Shown here in pieces: positions 1-11,553 of a DNA stretch of 64,000 nt; positions within the stretch are counted from its first letter, which is position 1; every line of letters starts with the position of its first letter. This DNA is from Octopus sinensis (Eukaryota), in assembly GCF_006345805.1 (NCBI RefSeq), contig NW_021832432.1, forward strand, positions 1-64,000, given 5' to 3'. The notes under the pieces were generated by a model that was not told the DNA's origin, ran no database searches, and saw only the letters and a list, made by a program, of their open reading frames with translations. Position numbers and translations under genes: made by a program.

Positions 1-275
1 GGTTATATTTTTGTTCATTTTAATATTGCTGTATTTTGTTTGCGGCAGGAAACCTTATGTTTTTTCCTTTTAGTTTATTCTTACCTTCTTATGTTTTATT
101 TTTCTATTATTTTAATCGTTTTGCCTCGATCCTACTGCTTCTTGTTTTTTTTTTTAGTTCTTTATTTTGTAAAACGACTTCCACTTCACAATTCATAGGA
201 CATTGACTTCTTTCGATAAATTTTGGCTACTTTTCCTGGATCAAAGTTGAACGGTTCTGTCTTAAATAACGCAAC

Positions 276-306
<31 letters not shown>

Positions 307-316
307 CCTACCCGAC

Positions 317-352
<36 letters not shown>

Positions 353-392
353 ATGTGTGTGTGTGTGTAGCATTGGGATGTTCTAGCTTTAC

Positions 393-424
<32 letters not shown>

Positions 425-427
<3 letters not shown>

Positions 428-758
428 GCATGGCTCAGTGGTTAGAGCGTCGAGCTTACGATCGTGAGGTTGTGAGCTCGAATCCCGGACGGGGCTGCGG
501 TTGTGTTCTTGAGCAAGGCACTTTATTTCACGTTGCTCAGTTCACTCAGCTGTAGAAATGAGTTGCGACGTCACAGGTGCCAAGCTGTATCGGCCCTTGC
601 CTTCCCTTGGACAACATCGGTGACGTGGAGAGGGGAGGCCGGTATGCATGGGCGACTGCTGGTCTTCCATAAAACAACCTTGCCCAGACTTGTGCCTCAG
701 AGGGTATCTCTCTAGGTGCAAACCCATGGTCAGTGCCTGACCGAAGGGGGTCTTTACC

Positions 759-760
<2 letters not shown>
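425..760 (+). mobile_element. tRNA-derived CORE-type SINE (family D), tail delta
   Basis: A box TGGCTCAGTGG, B-box-like GAGCTCGAATCC, CORE-like block TGTGTTCTTGAGCAAGGCACTTTATTTCACGTTGCTCAGTTCACTCAGCTG; flanked by (TA)n. Confidence 0.85.
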
Positions 761-799
<39 letters not shown>

Positions 800-1708
800 T
801 GTATGTATATGTATATATATATTCATTTTATTTATTTTATTTATTGATTGCTTTTTCAAATTGTTAATTTGCAAATATTATACTAATGTTTTTTTCATGC
901 AGAATTACATTTCATCAAAAAAATTCCATCCAAAGATGAATGTTTGGAAAGGGTGACAGTACATTTTATATTCTAAAAAGAAAGAACGAGGGAAAAAGAG
1001 GGGAAAGGGGAAGAGAGAGAGAAAGCAAATGACTTTCAGTGATGACCAAACCGCACCTGTTTTTTTTAAGAAGTCACCATCCTTAAACCCATTCCAATAC
1101 AATAGTAAATGACTAAATAGATGAATGAATGGTGAATAGGGAGGGGGATATCACCTTCTCTCTCTGTTTCCCTCTACCTATCTGTCCATCTGTCTGGCTA
1201 TCTATCTATCTATCTATCTGTCTGTCTATCTATATATCTATTTAGCAATCTATCTATCTATCAGCCTATCTACCCACCTATATTTCTATCTCTCCATCTC
1301 CATTGTCATGGAACCTCAACCAAAACAAAAAAAAAACAAAACCAAAAATAATGTTCTCTTCCAAACAAAACATCTCGCCCGATTCTTTCTCCCTTTCGCT
1401 ATCTACTTCCTTTCCCTACAGTAAACATAATCGAACACACAGATACAGACCCTTCAACTCACAGCTGTCAGTTTTCTGACATCTACCCATCCACAAACAC
1501 AATCACGCATTCAGACACACACATACACACATTAAGACAGTTATATACCGTCACACACACAGGCACTCATCACAAAAGAAATCATTTAAACCCACCATTC
1601 TTTTGACCACCTGCACTCTCTCACCTTACTATCTTATGCTCCCCCTCCTACTTCGCTTGAACTCTTGAACCTTTAGAAACTTCTAGATTCTTCTACATTC
1701 AGCCACTC

Positions 1709-1727
1709 TGACGTCACTCATTATAAA
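1709..1727 (+). promoter_or_regulatory. Possible CRE + TATA pair
   Basis: Perfect TGACGTCA at 1709-1716 and TATAAA at 1722-1727 in non-repetitive sequence; no downstream gene identified. Confidence 0.2.
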
Positions 1728-1940
1728 GAGACACTCATTATCGCCATGGGCTCCTTGAGAGCGGTCAGCTAAAAGTTTTTTGTGCATTTTGATGTCGACA
1801 TAAGTTCCTGATTTTCCTGTTGAGAAATCTGCATAATATACTCCTTATTCCTTCGGAATTAGGAATATGCAGCCTTCGAAACATATGTGGAGAATAAAGG
1901 ATATTCGTTAACTAGTCGTTCAACTCCATTCTTTCATATA

Positions 1941-1944
<4 letters not shown>

Positions 1945-1988
<44 letters not shown>

Positions 1989-2028
1989 CATATATTCATA
2001 TATATATATATATATATACATACATATA

Positions 2029-2062
<34 letters not shown>

Positions 2063-2067
2063 TATAT

Positions 2068-2107
<40 letters not shown>

Positions 2108-2542
2108 CTATATATATATATATATATACATATAGGCGCAGGAGTGGCTGTGTGGTAAGTAGCTTGCTAACCAACCACATGGTTCCGGGTTCAGTCCCAC
2201 TGCGTGGCATCTTGGGCAAGTGTCTTCTGCTTTAGCCCCGGGCTGACCAATGCCTTGTGAGTGGATTTGGTAGACGGAAACTGAAAGAAGCCTGTCGTAT
2301 ATATGTATATATATATATAAGTGTGTGTGTGTGTGTGTGTGTCCCTAGCATTGCTTGACAACCGATGCTGGTGTGTTTACGTCCCCGTCACTTAGCGGTT
2401 CGGCAAAAGAGACCGATAGAATAAGTACTGGGCTTACAAAGAATAAGTCCCGGGGTCGATTTGCTCGACTAAAAGGCGGTGCTCCAGCATGGCCGCAGTC
2501 AAATGACTGAAACAAGTAAAAGAGTAAAGAGTATATATATAC

Positions 2543-2577
<35 letters not shown>

Positions 2578-2955
2578 ATATACATACATATATATACATA
2601 TATAGACATGCATATATATATACATATATACATACATATATATATATATACATATATATATACATATAATATATATATATTACATATATATACATATATA
2701 TAATATATAATATATATATACATATTATATATATATACATATATACATATATAGACATGCATATATATATATACATATTATACATATATATACATATTAT
2801 ACATATATATATATATACATATATATATACAATATATACATATATATATACATATATATCATATATATATATATTATATATATATATAATATATTATATA
2901 TATATATATATATATTAATATATATATATATATATGTATGAATGTATGTATGTAT
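1945..2955. repeat. (TA)n/(TACA)n microsatellite fields either side of a SINE
   Basis: Direct reading: 1945-2132 and 2532-2955; source of the YI/IY ORFs. Confidence 0.97.
2135..2531 (+). mobile_element. Bipartite tRNA-derived SINE (family A) with internal microsatellite
   Basis: Head GGCGCAGGAGTGGCTGTGTGGTAAG...GGGTTCAGTCCC; internal (TA)/(TG) tract; 3' half ends GACTGAAACAAGTAAAAGAG; many copies in window. Confidence 0.9.
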
Positions 2956-3173
2956 AACTTACAAATATCTGATATTCATTACCTTTACCTGATATATAAT
3001 TAATACGCAGTTTTCGTTGCACCCAGAATCGAAACTGCAAACTTGATATCATTGATTGAAGATCTCTGAAGATAAGACCACTACTCAATATGTTACATGT
3101 TTTATTTGTAAAGGTTATCTTTGCCTTTGGAAAGTTCTTCGCAGAATTTGTTGTTGTTGTTGTTGTTGCTGCT

Positions 3174-3204
<31 letters not shown>

Positions 3205-3541
3205 TTTATGCTGTTGCTGATGCAATTACTATGGTGGCATTAAATCAGTTAAAAGCTTTCAGAAACGTCACACTGGAAATATAAGATTTTGTAAGATGCC
3301 TTCGTGTATGGAGGTAAGTAGATTAGTGAGTGGGAGGAGAATAATGGAGGTGGAGCATCTGTGGTGGTAGAGGAGGCATAGGTTTGGTAGTGTAGGTGAG
3401 GAAAGTTTGGGAGTGAAGCGGAAAGTGGATTAGATCGAATGTGTTACTAGGTGAGGGAAATTGTTATAACTAGAACCATATATTATATAGTTGAGTTGTG
3501 AGGGAAGAGAATAAAAAAGACGTATGTGCACTGAGAAATAC

Positions 3542-3583
<42 letters not shown>

Positions 3584-4230
3584 AGGGAGAGAGAAACAGA
3601 CAGAGGCAGAAAAAGACTAGCAGTAAAAGATGTGAAGTGAGGGATAAGAAGCAGAGTAGTCATTACAATTATGACGACATCAATAGCAAATATAACGTCA
3701 AATGCAATAGCAACGATAGCAACAATGACAACAATATTGGTAACAATAGCAAATAACTTCAAGATGAAGGCAACAAGAACAACAATAACAACAACAACAA
3801 CAACCAGCATATAAGACTAAGACTGATACCTCCGGCAAACTGAGAATATTCCGTTTCTAGGAAGGGAAGAGGGGGAAAAATGAGTGCCATTCTTTCTGGG
3901 ATTGTTCCAAAGCTAACTTGGAAGCCGTACAAGTCACAACAGAAGTATCGATAACAACATCAGCAACAACAGCAACGATAATGATAGTGCTGTTGATGAT
4001 TGCTTTTATTTTCTAAAAGGATGACGGATGAGAGAGCATTTCATACTCAGGTTACAAAAAGTGTGGAGATTTTTCTGTTGATAATAAATGAAAAAAAAAG
4101 AGCATTAAAGTGTAATTGTACACGGTATACAATATTCTATATAATGTTTTTAAACGAGGACAATCATCCAGAGGTAGTCAATGAACCCTACAGATCATGG
4201 ATTACCCTGACTACCAAAGGTAGAGTCCTT

Positions 4231-4454
4231 AGCTGGCAGACACGTTAGCGCGCCGGGCGGAATGCTTAGCGGTATTTCGTCTGTCGTTATGTTCTGAGTT
4301 CAAATTCCGCCGAGGTCGACTTTGCCTTTCATCCTTTCGGGGTCGATAAATAAAAGTACCAGTTTCGCACTGGGGTCGATGTAATCGACTTAATCCCTTT
4401 GTCTGTCCTTGTTTGTCCTCTCTATGTTTAGCCCCTTGTGGGCAATAAAGAAAT
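4231..4454 (+). mobile_element. SINE family B
   Basis: AGCTGGCAGACACGTTAGC...GAGTTCAAATTCC (B box)...CCCCTTGTGGGCAATAAAGAAATA; matches more than 12 other copies. Confidence 0.9.
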
Positions 4455-5231
4455 ATATATGCACATACTTAGAGTAGACTTGTTCACTTGTCATATTCGC
4501 TACCCACCTGGTTTTTTTAAAACAATTACTATAGTGCGAAAAATCCCCTCCCCCGCTCCTAAACTGTCACTAAATATAGAACTTGGAAATATCGGTTATT
4601 ACTTGGCAGAAGATGAAAGTGTCTGCCTGCGGCTCTTGCAGTCGTACGCCTACTTTCCCTATAATCACTCGGAATAGTTTTACCTGTGGCAATAGTTGTT
4701 TGGTGCTCCAGCATGGCCGCAATCAAATGACTGAAACAAGTAAAAGAGTAAAAGAGATTTGTATGTATGTATGTATGTATGTATGTATGTATGTATGTAT
4801 GTATGTGTAATATTGTGGACAATAGTTGTTTGACAAATCTTCACCCAATAGTATTAAATAGTGCATGTGGACCGAAAACGTTGCTCCGCTCACATCTTAA
4901 ACAGGCTCAGATAACAGCCCTTTTGATGTCTGTTTAGTGTGTCGCAAACTGATAATGCTCTCCTCCGATAGCATTGTCTGTCCGGGACTTCTGGAAGTTA
5001 CCATAGTCCCCAAACTAATTTTGGCGGGGTGGAGTGGGACCACCGTCAACGGAGAGATCTTTTGCAGAACCTCTTACTGTAGCTGTTGGTCTTCTAACTG
5101 CGACTGATTTTGCTTCAGGCGATTCCTACATCCATTGTAAATGTCAGAATGGCAGTGGTGGTGGAGTCGGTTAAACAGAACTGTTGTCAACGTCATAGTG
5201 GTGGAAGCACTGGTGATTGGGAGTGTGCTAT

Positions 5232-5535
5232 TATCGTTGTTGTTGTTGCTGCTGCTACTGCTGCTGCTGCTGCTGTTTTTGCTCTCTCTTAAGACTGGCA
5301 ATGTCAGGAATATAGAATTGAAAGTTGCTGCAGTTGCCGTTGTTAGTGGTGGCCGTAATGGTGGCGATGGATTTATTTTTGTTGTTATTGTTACTGCTCG
5401 TAACACTTGGCACGTTGTTGTTGTTGTTGGTGGTGGTGGTGGTGGTGGTGGTGGTAGTGGTGGTGGTGGTGGCGGTGGTGGCGACGGCGGCGGTGGTAGT
5501 GGTGCTAATGATGATGATGGTGATGTTATTGTTGC
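5232..5535. repeat. Trinucleotide microsatellites (GTT/GCT/GGT/GAT)
   Basis: Direct reading; explains the poly-L/V/G/T ORFs. Confidence 0.9.
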
Positions 5536-5560
5536 TGCCTTCTGTGAAAAAATTATCTAT

Positions 5561-5654
5561 CTTGTGCAAGTGCCTTCTACTATAGCCTCGGGTCGACCAA
5601 GGCTTGTGAGTGGATTTGGTAGACGGAAACTGAAAGAAATTCGTTGTATATATG

Positions 5655-5719
<65 letters not shown>

Positions 5720-5723
5720 TGTG

Positions 5724-5778
<55 letters not shown>

Positions 5779-6020
5779 TGTGTGTCTGTGTGTCTGTGTT
5801 TGTGTGTCTGTGTTTGTCCCCCCAACATCGCTTCATAACCGATGCTGGTGTGTTTACGGCCCCGTAACTTAGCGGTTCGGCAAAAGAGAATAAGATAGAA
5901 TAAGTACTAGGCTTACAAAGAATAAGTCTTGAGGTCGTTTTGCTCGACTAAAGGCGGTGCTCCAGCATGGCCACAGTCGCATGACTGAAACAAGTAAAAG
6001 AGTAAAAAGAGAGTAAAAGA
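5561..6020 (+). mobile_element. SINE family A, 5'-truncated, long internal (TG)n
   Basis: Both halves match 2135-2531. Confidence 0.88.
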
Positions 6021-6307
6021 GTATCTAAAGCGTCTTTTACTCTTTTCTTCTTTTTTTTTCCCTCTCAGTAAAACTTTCCGAGCACATGTTAAATTCAACC
6101 TTACTGCTCCCACGACCGTCGAGTCTTCCCCTCACCACCGCTTCTTGAAAAGAAGAAAAATTAACGAAGAACACTAACACATGTTAGATAAAGACACGGA
6201 GATAAGTAAATTACAACAAACCCAGGCATTTATAAATACCGAAGGATCAATAAACTAAACATTGTGCAACACACATAAATGAAAGAAAAGGTTAGGGTAG
6301 AATGTTA

Positions 6308-6588
6308 TTATCACCGTGGTCACCGTGTCCGACCAGGCTATCAGATGTTACTACACATCGCTGGTCACAATGCGCTTCGCATTGTTTTAGCCTTCAAATG
6401 ACGCCACACCGCTGGCTACGCCAGCAGGCCAACAGAAGAAAGAGTGAAAGTTGTGGCGAAAGAGTACAGCAGGGACCGCCCTCGTAGAGCTTTAGGTGTT
6501 TTCGCTCAATAAACACTCACAACGCCCGGTCTGGGAATCGAAACTGCAATCCTACAACCGCGAGTCCGCTGCCCTGACCACTGCCTCC
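6308..6588 (-). mobile_element. SINE family C with tail beta
   Basis: Head/body matches 32239-32625; tail matches only 47655-47790. Confidence 0.85.
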
Positions 6589-6994
6589 ACAGAATGTTAT
6601 TTTAGACGCGTTAAATTAATTCTTAAAACAAATCTAAATGCAAACATTAAAAATAACAGGCATCAATACTTTAGCTCTAGCAGTAATAAGTTATGGTTAT
6701 AATATTTTGAACAGAATGCTAAACTAGCGAGACTAAGCAGAAAAAAAAAAAACAAGAAAATAATTACTGCATTTAACCCTTTAACGGAGGACATCATCAA
6801 TTAAGTTTTTTTTTTTTCATTAGAGAACAGTGGACATCAACAATTGATGTTTCAAAAATTTTACATGGATACGGTCATCATCAAAGGGAATACGTTACGG
6901 CACTTTTTGATAATGAGATTTTAAATTTTATTGTGCGAGAGACTAACAATTATTATAGTCTTTGTACTCATTTAAAGGGAAAATAAGTATAAAA

Positions 6995-7029
<35 letters not shown>

Positions 7030-7031
<2 letters not shown>

Positions 7032-7860
7032 CGTTTGGCAGACATTCATGCAACCCTTTCCTGCTTTCACCAGAAGAGATCCTTGGTAATAGTGAAGCCC
7101 AGCGTTTTGGGGAGTCTGTGTAGGCTCTAGATGAGTGTTGCTGATGGTTAGATGGAATGGTGTAACGGTGTTTTCTGGATATGGATAGAGCTTGAGGTTT
7201 CCGCTGTTATAAGAAACAAGGTTTGAAGGCCTTCCTGGGGGGTGCTTTGAAAAACTTCTCTAAAGTAAGAACATTACAGTGAATGACAAAAACGAGTAAA
7301 TCTTTAATGAATCTAGCTCTGCGGAAGCAGTTTTGGTGATCATTGAGAAGGGAGAGAGAGAGAGAGAGAGAGAGAGAGGCAGACAGACAGACAGAGATTT
7401 AAAGTGAGACATCACTGTTAGTGGCTGTCTTCATTAATATGGAAAAGTTGGAGCAATGAGACATTAGTTCGCTTGTCGAAGGGACTGTTTTCTTTTAAAC
7501 AGGACATACTCTGAAGCTGCTTCCCCATAGAGAGTGAGGAGTATGTTCTGTGGAAGGGGGAAATTTGAAAGGGATTGGTCTTGGGTGTGTAGTGTGAAGT
7601 TGGGTGCAAGACTGACAGCAAAATAAAGGCTTTGTCCATTGAGGTATTGCTTTTTGAGCCATCGTTGTTTAGAAGAGGAATAAAAAAAGGACTCCATAAA
7701 GTTGGTAGAGATTCGTTTGACAAGGGGTCAGACGGATTGGCTGTAATTAAGAAAGTAGGAAAGCTTGGGGTTCGTATGATTTATGAAAGCATTCTTTGCA
7801 CACCAAATAGGAGCCTCCCAGGAGTTGCGCTGGCCTGATTTCCCGGACATTGATTGCCTT
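7030..7860 (-). pseudogene. Decayed CR1/L2-like LINE ORF2 fragments split by (GA)n
   Basis: Minus-strand IPLLNNDGSKSNTSMDKAFILLSV (EN-RT linker-like) and KTLGFTITKDLFW (RT C-terminal KxLGxxxxxxLxW-like); inverted homolog at about 17205-17410. Confidence 0.55.
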
Positions 7861-7918
7861 TTTTACTTTTTGTCCCCTGAACAGCTGCAGCGCAGATTTA
7901 TAAGCTGTTAAGATGTAT

Positions 7919-9085
7919 ATTCATTCACTACAGGGCAGTAGTCCAGTTGAAAATGAAACACTTTTCGTTGCGTCTGAAAGAGTGAGATGAGTCATTAAGA
8001 GCGGGATCAACTTTTTCTAATGTTCCACTTTTGATGCATGTAGATTTGCCATAATATATAATACATAATATATGTAGATTTGCCATATTATATCATATTT
8101 TACATACATAAAATACCACCGTGTATCCTATTCATTCACAGCAGGGCAGTAGTCCAGTTGAAAATGAAACGCTTTGCCTTGCGTCTGAAAGAGTGAGATG
8201 AGTCATTAAGAGCGGGATCAACTTTTTCTAATGGTCCACTTTTGATGCATGCAGATTTGCCATAATATATAATACATAATATATGTAGATTTGCCATATT
8301 ATATCATATTTTACATATATAAAATACCACCGTGTATCCTATTCATTCACAGCAGGGTAGCAGTCCTGTTGAAAATGAAACACTTTTCGTTGCGTCTGAA
8401 AGAGTGAGATGAGTCATTAAGAGCGGGATCAACTTTTTCTAATGGTCCACTTTTGATGCATGTAGATTTGCCATATATATAATACATAATATATGTAGAT
8501 TTGCCATATTATATCATATTTTACATATATAAAATACCACCGTGTATCCTATTCATTCACAGGAGGGTAGCAGTCCTGTTGAAAATGAAACGCTTTGCCT
8601 TGCGTCTGAAAGAGTGAGATGAGTCATTAAGAGCGGGATCAACTTTTTCTAATGGTCCACTTTTGATGCATGCAGATTTGCCATAATATATAATACATAA
8701 TATATGTAGATTTGCCATATTATATCATATTTTACATATATAAAATACCACCGTGTATCCTATTCATTCACAGGAGGGTAGCAGTCCTGTTGAAAATGAA
8801 ACGCTTTGCCTTGCGTCTGAAAGAGTGAGATGAGTCATTAAGAGCGGGATCAACTTTTTCTAATGGTCCACTTTTGATGCATGCAGATTTGCCATAATAT
8901 ATAATACATAATATATGTAGATTTGCCATATTATATCATATTTTACATATATAAAATACCACCGTGTATCCTATTCATTCACAGCAGGGTAGCAGTCCTG
9001 TTGAAAATGAAACACTTTTCGTTGCGTCTGAAAGAGTGAGATGAGTCATTAGAGCGGGATCAACTTTTTCTAATGGTCCACTTTT
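7919..9085. repeat. 211-bp tandem satellite, 5.5 units
   Basis: Unit starts (ATTCATTCAC) at 7919, 8130, 8341, 8551, 8762, 8973. Confidence 0.97.
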
Positions 9086-9559
9086 ACCATGTGGTAAGAC
9101 AGCAAGCATTAAGCGTATTGGCTATACCAATAATACCGTATTTTTTATTAACTCAGTTCATTTAGATGTGCAGGACTATGGCACTATATATAAATGAGCG
9201 CCATAGTTATGCACAGTTCACCACTATGAGCAGCATGCGGATCACATAGTATTTTGTGTGTTTATATCGTTGATCTGAGCTGAGTTTATGTCTTATCATA
9301 AGGAAAAAATGTCACCTTTTTTATATTTTGCTTAATCCACGAATTTACGGTACAAACCACAGCCTACCTGTGCCCTGCAAGATGCTGTCTGCAAGACAAA
9401 ATAATCTGCAGATAGAGAAGTTCAGTCTAGTTCTTGGGAGATATCTCTCACCTACTTAACATCATCGAGTAAGTCTGAAGACAACATAACACACTCTGGT
9501 AAATGTAGTGAATAAGAGAGAAACACGTTTCCTTTTTTCTAAAACAAAAAATATGTTGT

Positions 9560-10520
9560 AGATGCTGAAATATTAAAGCTATAAATAAAAATATTTACTA
9601 AATTGAAAGCACAACAACCACAGCACAAACTAGATTTTAATATAAGCTACATATCTATCGATTCAAAACAGAATAACAGAATGACAAACAACATAATGAA
9701 CCAGTAAAGCATCTCTATTAACAAAGGCAACATAAATTCTTTGTCGTGAAAACACAATACGTAAACAGTAAAAGGAACTTAAGAACATGTTATAAAATGG
9801 ATGGATCAAACATTTAAAAGAAAAACTTGTGCTGATAACGACGAAAGTAAAACCTTCCAAGAATAAAGCGAAAGCAATAAATATGGTTGTAACCGAGTTA
9901 TGAGGAAATCTTTGAGAAATATCGAAATTGACATTAATGGTTTAAACCGGTTAATGCGTGGCACAATCTCAATTATTACGAAAATGTTATGGTACTACTT
10001 AGAAGGAAATTGAGACAAACCAGCCAAAAGAAGAATAACAAAGAACTGGAAAGAAAAGAAAACAAAATTAATCATAAAAGGAAAAGACTACGATCTTTAG
10101 CAAAATCGATAGACAACGTTCAAAGAGAGAGAATTGAATCCTACAAGAAAATAATACAAAACATTTCTTTTAAAAATCCCATTTTGAAAAGAAGCATTAA
10201 GACAAAATAAATTGACATTATCGCAAAGAATAAGATGCTTGGGAAAAAAAAAACGAAACTGTAATAACAACGCTTGTATGAACACAAGTCAAGTGTTCAC
10301 CAATGATCTGCAAAAGTTATTTTATTCCGAAAGACAAATAAACCAAAAACCTAATAAATTACGCAATCGCTATCGTAAAAGAAATTGAAAGGTTATAGGA
10401 ATTGAAAAGTTATCCATGGATAAAGCAACAGCAGCGTTCAATAAAGCTAAAAAAATCTCCGTAGATCCACAAAAGACAGAAAATAAACAAATCAGAGAAC
10501 AAATTGAAATTCGACATTAA
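9560..10520 (+). pseudogene. A-rich degenerate coding-like relic, possibly LINE ORF
   Basis: Strong A-rich strand bias and K/R-rich broken ORFs; no diagnostic motif recognised. Confidence 0.25.
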
Positions 10521-10714
10521 CTGCATTAATGCCTGTTGTTGCCCTCTCCATTTACTTTGGAAGGATCTAAGAACAAAAACAAGACCACTAACCTCCGTCT
10601 CCAGAGTACACAATCCGATTGGTTGAATGCCCTACGTTCACAACCAGCATAGCGCAAGATAAGAAAACAATAAACAGCCATTGCTGGTAATCTCTTATAT
10701 AACGAATCAACAAA

Positions 10715-10910
10715 AAATGCCTTTACGCGATCACTAGACCTGCTAGAAATTACAGTTAAATTTCCCTCAAATCGCATTGCACTTTGTTGTCTTAAATAAG
10801 AACAGATATGCTGGGCAATATAGTTCCTGAAGAAAGGCGATATTCACAGTTTTGATGCCTTTAATAATTAGTTCTCACCATAAGGGTTAATCTAGGGTTT
10901 AACTCAACAA
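10715..10910 (+). mobile_element. Old SINE-like 3' module (family F); related decayed copies about 13905-14140 and 33395-33600
   Basis: Shared CCTGCTAGAAAT...AAATTTCCCTCAAATC...TGCCTTT...(CAA)n pattern, heavily diverged. Confidence 0.5.
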
Positions 10911-11173
10911 ACATTTTGTCTCCAACAATATCACGATGCATTGACCACGAAAATATTGTTGCAACACTATGCCTCCCCTATTCATGAGCAATCCTTCGAG
11001 TGCGTTCTACATCACATGACCTTTGATAGTGGTCAAATATAAATAATAGCCAACACTGATTCTCAAAGGCCTTGTGTGCCCTATTGTTGGAGTCAGAAAC
11101 TTCTTCGACTCTGCTTAGCCTATCCGAAACACGGGTGCGCTCTACTATAGAGTAATATTCGCACAAATGTTAA

Positions 11174-11553
11174 GGCGGCGAATTGGCAGAAACGTTAGTA
11201 CGCCGGGCGAAATGCTTAGCGGTGTTTCGTCTGCCGTTACGTTCTGAGTTCAAATTCCGCCGAGGACGACTTTGCCTTTCACCCTTTCGGAGTCGATTAA
11301 ATAAGTACCAGTTACGCACTGGGGTTGATGTAATCGACTTAATCTGTTTGTCTGTCCTTGTTCGTCCCCTCTGTGTTTAGCCCCTTTGTGGGTAGTAAAG
11401 AAATAGGTATTTCGTCTGTCTTTACGTTCTGAGTTCAAATTCCACAGAGGTCGACTTTGCTTTTCATCCTTTCGGGGTCGATAAATTAGGTACCAGTTGC
11501 GTACTAGGGTCGATCTGATCGACTGGCTTCCTCCCCTAAAGTTTCGGGCCTGT
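11174..11553 (+). mobile_element. SINE family B composite (unit + restarted internal unit, alternative tail)
   Basis: After AAAGAAATA the sequence restarts at GGTATTTCGTCTG. Confidence 0.88.

Noticed and set aside
425-500. tRNA gene calls for SINE heads (also 2135, 23486, 32239, 35847)
   Set aside because: A and B boxes present but no complete cloverleaf; they continue into repeat bodies
3300-3320. Perfect donor GAG|GTAAGT (also a minus-strand GTAAGT near 14580)
   Set aside because: No convincing open exon with an acceptor upstream
7919-9085. CRISPR-like or tandem-exon interpretation of the 211-bp array
   Set aside because: No unique spacers; eukaryotic context; the candidate AG...GT segment has stops in all three frames
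11118-11142. CTGCTTA...CCGAAACACGGGTG as a hammerhead
   Set aside because: Core has three deviations, no stem II and no UH site
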